From IMG/VR virus record IMGVR_UViG_3300045581_000404, positions 1 to 28,370 of that record: a stretch of 28,370 nt of DNA; one strand, written 5' to 3'. Each line of letters starts with the position of its first letter. The stretch's first letter is position 1. Position numbers and translations under genes: made by a program. Source of the DNA: a virus. Its lineage: Duplodnaviria; Caudoviricetes. Positions 24,538 to 28,370 of this stretch are shown here, piece by piece. The notes under the pieces are model-generated. The model was not told where the DNA came from. It worked only from the letters and a program-made list of their open reading frames with translations, and ran no database searches.

Positions 24538-24585
24538 ACCTCTCGCCATCTCATTTGACTGGACGCGGTTATCCTATGGCGTATC

Positions 24586-24894
24586 ATGCGCCCGATGCTC
24601 AAGAGCGTTTCCATCGCTGGCCACAAGATACCGATACGCGTGAAGAATCTTGAGGATTGCTACGGGCAGTATTCTCCCGATGCGAAGGTGATCGAACTCG
24701 ACAGGAAGACGCTCAAGGATAGTAAGCTCCTGCGCGAAACTCTGCGTCATGAGATGGTCGAGGCCGCATTGTATCTCAGCGGCGTCGCCTACAGCGAAAA
24801 CTACGAGCAAGAGCCAATCGTCCGCGCACTCGATGAGTTATTCTGGCCAGCTTGGGACTCGGCCAGCAAACGGCTGGACAAGCTCACGCAATGA
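24586..24894 (+). CDS. Small zincin/metallopeptidase-like protein (HExxH variant)
   Basis: V.IAG..I.I......YGQY......I.LD.......ETLRHEMVEA..E..V architecture of small phage HExxH proteins, but with HEMVE. Only convincing plus-strand gene. Confidence 0.6.
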   Translation: MRPMLKSVSIAGHKIPIRVKNLEDCYGQYSPDAKVIELDRKTLKDSKLLRETLRHEMVEAALYLSGVAYSENYEQEPIVRALDELFWPAWDSASKRLDKLTQ

Positions 24895-24895
24895 T

Positions 24896-24910
24896 TTGCA
24901 AGGCTTGCAA
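24896..24910. repeat. TTGCAA-N3-TTGCAA motif copy (perfect, intergenic)
   Basis: TTGCAA ggc TTGCAA fills most of the 23-bp gap between two convergent stop codons. Confidence 0.9.
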
Positions 24911-24917
24911 ATTTATC

Positions 24918-25202
24918 TCAGCAGACTGGCCATGCTCGTAGCTCGTCATAAGTGAAGTCGTCATTGTCGTGGTCAGCCGACTCAAAGGGATTGTCGTCGT
25001 TCGGCCACGTGGGCTTATTCCAGCTCAGGCCGTTCTTTGCCAGTTGCCGCAATTCCTCTACCGTGGAGTTTTCCGCCGCCGCAATTCTCGACAAGGCCCT
25101 TTCCATCATGAAGAGCTTTCCACGCAGCGCGGACTCACGCTCGCCGCTCATTGCCAGCAGCCGCGCTTGCTCAAGGCATTCGTCGCATTGGCGCTCACTC
25201 AT
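24918..25202 (-). CDS. Hypothetical protein
   Basis: ATG at 25202 (MSERQCDECLEQARLL...) overlaps the end of the upstream gene; preferred over the TTG start. Confidence 0.6.
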   Translation of the reverse strand: MSERQCDECLEQARLLAMSGERESALRGKLFMMERALSRIAAAENSTVEELRQLAKNGLSWNKPTWPNDDNPFESADHDNDDFTYDELRAWPVC

Positions 25203-25392
25203 CAACGTTCTTTCCGCAGTCAGGGCAGTAGTCTCCCATTGGCTCAACCCGTGAGAAGAGCGGATCTTTGTCGCTGCCGCAATGCGGGCACTTAAACGAC
25301 TTGGCCTCCTTGCGGAAGATGTAGTCGTGGTTGTCGCGAAATACTTCGCCCTTTACGGGTCGCGGCGCATGGCCTTTTCCTGCTTGGTTCAT
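25195..25392 (-). CDS. Small zinc-ribbon protein
   Basis: CPHCG...CPDCG with an N-terminal GKG..PRPV motif. Confidence 0.65.
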   Translation of the reverse strand: MNQAGKGHAPRPVKGEVFRDNHDYIFRKEAKSFKCPHCGSDKDPLFSRVEPMGDYCPDCGKNVDE

Positions 25393-25775
25393 TTGTATGG
25401 TGGTAGTTCCCAGTTAAGAGGTTCAAACGTCCTGCATGAAAAGGTGCTAAGGCAAGCACTTATGGCGTCGTCGCACTCTTTGAGCAAGTCCTTGAGTTGC
25501 ATGGCCTCTGCTTCAAACCGATTGGCCTCAAGTCGGTAGCGTTCAGTGGTTTCTTTAAGATCAGCAATCTCGCGTTCATGCTGATCCCCAAGCGTCGCAA
25601 TCGACAGCAGCGCGTTGTCTCTCTTCCGCGTCATGCTTTCCAGTTGCGCCAGCGCAGCGTCTCGTTCTCTTTCTAGCTTACGCGCTAAGTTAGAGTGGAC
25701 GACTGGCGTGCGGCTTGCCGCGCCAATAAAGGTGCTGGCGGGGTATTCGTTTGCGTCTGTTTCTGGTGTGTTCAT
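25389..25775 (-). CDS. Hypothetical coiled-coil protein (TPxTD...ARKLERE type)
   Basis: 128 aa; start and stop overlap neighbours. Confidence 0.7.
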   Translation of the reverse strand: MNTPETDANEYPASTFIGAASRTPVVHSNLARKLERERDAALAQLESMTRKRDNALLSIATLGDQHEREIADLKETTERYRLEANRFEAEAMQLKDLLKECDDAISACLSTFSCRTFEPLNWELPPYK

Positions 25776-26083
25776 TAGTTGTAGTTTTCGTCGCGCATGA
25801 GGCGGTTGAGTTTGGCAACGGCATTGCCGGAATGGATGACGTTGATGTCGTTGTAGAGTTCAATCAGCAAGCCTCTGTACTCGCTCACCTCTTCGGCAAG
25901 TTTCGCGTTGGCTTCGCGTAGGACTTCTACGTCCTTTGGCAACATTCCCTCTGGAAAGCCAGCCGCCAGCTTATCGGCATAGGCTGTCATTTCGGCAAGC
26001 TCGCGCTCCAGCTTGCGAGCAAATGACGCAAAAACGAGTAATTCACCAACTATTTCCTTATCTGTTCTTGGCGTGTCACTCAT
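25775..26083 (-). CDS. Hypothetical coiled-coil protein (TPxTD...ARKLERE type)
   Basis: 102 aa; MSDTPRTD...FARKLERE. Confidence 0.7.
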   Translation of the reverse strand: MSDTPRTDKEIVGELLVFASFARKLERELAEMTAYADKLAAGFPEGMLPKDVEVLREANAKLAEEVSEYRGLLIELYNDINVIHSGNAVAKLNRLMRDENYN

Positions 26084-26388
26084 TGCTGGTTTCTTTCTAC
26101 TGCAATCGCGAGGGCTTCAAAAGTGTCTGGGTCGATCTCGCCGCCTAGGTTGTAATCAGTCAGTGCGCGATCAACTAGCTTGATAAGCTCATCCTTTGTC
26201 GCATTTGCAAACATTGCAAACTGTAGTGCGTCGTCTCTGTCGCGTTCCATGCGTCGGATGACTCCAAGGGCGCAAGTCACTTGCTCTTCAAGCAAACCGA
26301 TCTGTTCCTTCGCCCAAGCCAACTCAGCCCGAAGGTTTGGTGAGTCCTCTGGCGGACTCCAGCCTGTTCCGTATTCTTCGCTTATCAT
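26080..26388 (-). CDS. Hypothetical protein
   Basis: 102 aa; ATGA overlaps with both neighbours. Confidence 0.65.
   Translation of the reverse strand: MISEEYGTGWSPPEDSPNLRAELAWAKEQIGLLEEQVTCALGVIRRMERDRDDALQFAMFANATKDELIKLVDRALTDYNLGGEIDPDTFEALAIAVERNQQ
26205..26219. repeat. TTGCAA-N3-TTGCAA motif copy (perfect, intragenic)
   Basis: TTGCAA aca TTGCAA; encodes FAMFAN. Confidence 0.9.
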
Positions 26389-26708
26389 TTTGTTTCTGGG
26401 CGCTTTTTAGGTTTCGCATTTTTTATTACATGTAGAAGTGCCTCCGCGCACTTGCTAGAATTTGCTAATAAAAAGTTTCGGTCATCAAACGAGTTTCCAC
26501 CAGTAATCTCTAATAGGTGCGATACATACTGCGAAAACATGTCTTCGGTTATGATGATAAGAGCGTCATGGATAGCGTTTAGGTCATTATGGTAGTCTGG
26601 GCAATGTTGCTCATACCTGCCGCGAATAAAGTAAAGAGGCCCCCACTTATCGTAAGAAACTATGCCCAAATACTTGGCTATTTTTTGGTTACTATGATTA
26701 TCTATCAT
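26385..26708 (-). CDS. Hypothetical protein, possible phage ABA-sandwich domain
   Basis: N.KIA..LG...PDY.NDLNA...A...AEALL pattern; AT-richer than neighbours. Confidence 0.5.
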   Translation of the reverse strand: MIDNHSNQKIAKYLGIVSYDKWGPLYFIRGRYEQHCPDYHNDLNAIHDALIIITEDMFSQYVSHLLEITGGNSFDDRNFLLANSSKCAEALLHVIKNAKPKKRPETK

Positions 26709-26716
26709 GCAGCCTT

Positions 26717-26947
26717 TTAAGTGTTAATCCCACCCAGCTTACTACTGTCTTTGATAGCCAGCCTACGCCACTTTTCATTCTCTATGAGTAGCTCTTCAAT
26801 CCGTTTGAGACTTGAGGCGAGGAGTTTGGATTGCTCAATGGCTTCGTTCTTCCACGCCTCAAGCTCGTGCCGAAGTGAATTGCACTCAGCCTGATACATG
26901 CGCTTATCGGTAAGAATACGGTCGATTGCTTCGTCAACATAGCTCAT
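26717..26947 (-). CDS. Hypothetical coiled-coil protein
   Basis: 76 aa; ATGA-coupled. Confidence 0.6.
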   Translation of the reverse strand: MSYVDEAIDRILTDKRMYQAECNSLRHELEAWKNEAIEQSKLLASSLKRIEELLIENEKWRRLAIKDSSKLGGINT

Positions 26948-27234
26948 CGGGCGTCCTCCTTTTCTGCGGCCAATATAATGAAAGCTGGCGTATTATCGCC
27001 AACCCATGCGCCCTCGACGTTGTAGGAAAAGTATTCCTCGGCTTCCTCAAGCGTCATTGATTCCATGAGTTGTCGAATGCACGCTTGCTGATCGTAAACC
27101 GCAAATGGTTTTCCGAACTGCCGCGCAATTCCTAGGAAGCAGGATTCAAAGCCGTCGGCGAGTAGGATCACTTCATCATCGCCAAGGCATACTTCAATGG
27201 CGTCGGAAATTCTTTTGTCTGGGTGGTAAGGCAT
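26944..27234 (-). CDS. Conserved phage hypothetical protein
   Basis: ADGF..CFLG...AVYD...I..LM..MT.EEA.EYF.YNV.GAWVG..TP.F, a recognisable phage family of unknown function. Confidence 0.75.
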   Translation of the reverse strand: MPYHPDKRISDAIEVCLGDDEVILLADGFESCFLGIARQFGKPFAVYDQQACIRQLMESMTLEEAEEYFSYNVEGAWVGDNTPAFIILAAEKEDAR

Positions 27235-27503
27235 TAGTCTAGGCGAGGGTTTAGGATTTCGGAGAGCATTGCTTTTATCCGATGATCGTCCTCAGTCAAG
27301 GCGTAAGCGACTTTAGTTTTAAGGCTGTCGAGTTGCTCGGAGCAGTGGCGCAACTGCTTACGAAGCCTAACAACTTGCTCGTTTGAGATGTTCGCCTCGG
27401 TTATCGCAGCTCCGTACTTGTCGAACCAATTACGCGCTGATTCTTGCCAGCGGTCGAGTTCTTTTTGCAGCCTTGCGCAGTCGGGGTGGGTGTCAGTATT
27501 CAT
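27234..27503 (-). CDS. Hypothetical coiled-coil protein
   Basis: 89 aa; TAATG-coupled to the next gene. Confidence 0.6.
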   Translation of the reverse strand: MNTDTHPDCARLQKELDRWQESARNWFDKYGAAITEANISNEQVVRLRKQLRHCSEQLDSLKTKVAYALTEDDHRIKAMLSEILNPRLD

Positions 27504-27515
27504 GTGGGTTTATGG

Positions 27516-28370
27516 TTAGAGGTCTTCTTGGTGACGAAAGCCAAGGAACGATGGAATGCGTGGCTTGTCCTTCATACCTATTGACTGATAGCGGAACTTG
27601 ACGAGCTTTCCAAGATACTTTTTACGGTTGTCCCATATCTCTTTCCTCAGCGCGGCATCAAAGCCAGTGCCTAGGTTGAAGTCGCCGAAGCGTTTGTGAC
27701 GAAGTACTAACGCGCCAAGGGTTCCAAGCGGCGTGAGGTTTTCTTTGTGCGACGAGCGGCGCGTACGACCAAGCTCATTGGTGGTGGCCTCGTTATCATT
27801 GCGATGCTGTTCCTCGAAGTCGATGATCTCGGCCTCGTCGTCCTCGAACGGTTTGAGTTTGATGAGGTGGCCTTCCTTGAAGGTTGACCTACCGAACTTG
27901 TAGACTCCTCGCGGGGCGCGGATCATTGCGCCTTCGTATCCACGCGTCAAGCATGAGTCAAGATAGTCGTCCAGTTCAATCGAGTCGCGGATGAAGCGCG
28001 TCTCTACTGGTTTGAGATAGGGGTAGCGTTTTGCAAGGCTTGCAATTCTGGAAATGTATTCATTGACCCGTTGCTCATAAGGACGAGTCGGATCAGTGAA
28101 GACGTCAAAAACATGGAACGAGAAGTCTGGTTTTCCATTTCGGGTCATGATGCCAGAAGTCACGTCTTGGAAGGACGAGCCATCACCGACAAGCAACTCA
28201 CCGTCGAATCCATCGAACTCGCGCCGCGTTAGGGTTGCGCTGACGTGCGCGTTTGGGATTGGTTTGAGGGATCGACTTTTTGGCTGGCCGTTGATGATGA
28301 GGCAGCGGATGCCGTCGATCTTTGGCGAGGCTATGAGCGGGAATCTAAGGGATGAGGATGCGCCATCAAA
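27516..28370 (-). CDS. ATP-dependent DNA ligase, minimal type (5' truncated by window)
   Basis: Frame open to the edge: ...FPLIASPKIDGIRC (motif I KxDG), FDGELL (III), FHVFD (IIIa), YEGAMIR (IV), IKLKPF (V), GTGFD, PRIPSFLGFR (VI). Confidence 0.93.
   Translation of the reverse strand, partial: FDGASSSLRFPLIASPKIDGIRCLIINGQPKSRSLKPIPNAHVSATLTRREFDGFDGELLVGDGSSFQDVTSGIMTRNGKPDFSFHVFDVFTDPTRPYEQRVNEYISRIASLAKRYPYLKPVETRFIRDSIELDDYLDSCLTRGYEGAMIRAPRGVYKFGRSTFKEGHLIKLKPFEDDEAEIIDFEEQHRNDNEATTNELGRTRRSSHKENLTPLGTLGALVLRHKRFGDFNLGTGFDAALRKEIWDNRKKYLGKLVKFRYQSIGMKDKPRIPSFLGFRHQEDL
28031..28054. repeat. TTGCAA-N3-TTGCAA motif copy (perfect, with a third degenerate unit)
   Basis: TTGCAA ggc TTGCAA ttc TGGAAA, the same three-unit form as at 24481. 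Confidence 0.9.

Noticed and set aside
20149-28031. Identical 3941-bp spacing between motif copies at 20149, 24090 and 28031
   Set aside because: Other copies intervene and many pairwise distances are possible; treated as coincidence.
2829-28054. TTGCAA repeats as a CRISPR array or transposon ends
   Set aside because: Too short, separated by kilobases, embedded in intact genes; no cas or transposase genes.
1-28370. tRNA, rRNA, integrase, introns/inteins, stop-codon reassignment
   Set aside because: None seen; genes are intact and tightly packed under the standard code.

Overview
This is a 28.4-kb segment of a tailed dsDNA phage (Caudoviricetes, HK97-fold head, probably a long non-contractile tail). 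Almost all genes are on the minus strand. In transcription order (right to left) it carries: a partial minimal ATP-dependent DNA ligase; a run of small early-type ORFs; one lone plus-strand peptidase-like gene; a putative DNA-modification/regulatory cassette (GP88-like, ParB-like, cupin, IbrA/YbdN-type PAPS-reductase-family, IbrB/YbdM-type ParB, divergent QueE-like radical SAM); small and large terminase; GroES; a sulfotransferase-like gene; portal; a 1029-aa MuF head protein carrying one clear and one probable ADP-ribosyltransferase domain; a multidomain prohead protease; a holin-like/fibre insertion; major capsid protein; head-tail genes; two paralogous tail-tube-like genes; a tail chaperone with a -1 frameshift; and the start of the tape measure gene. 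The most striking unexplained signal is a palindromic 15-bp motif, TTGCAA-N3-TTGCAA, with 9 perfect and 4 single-mismatch copies found by eye. The copies are dispersed through coding and intergenic DNA in different reading frames. All protein family calls come from motif recognition by eye, not database searches.
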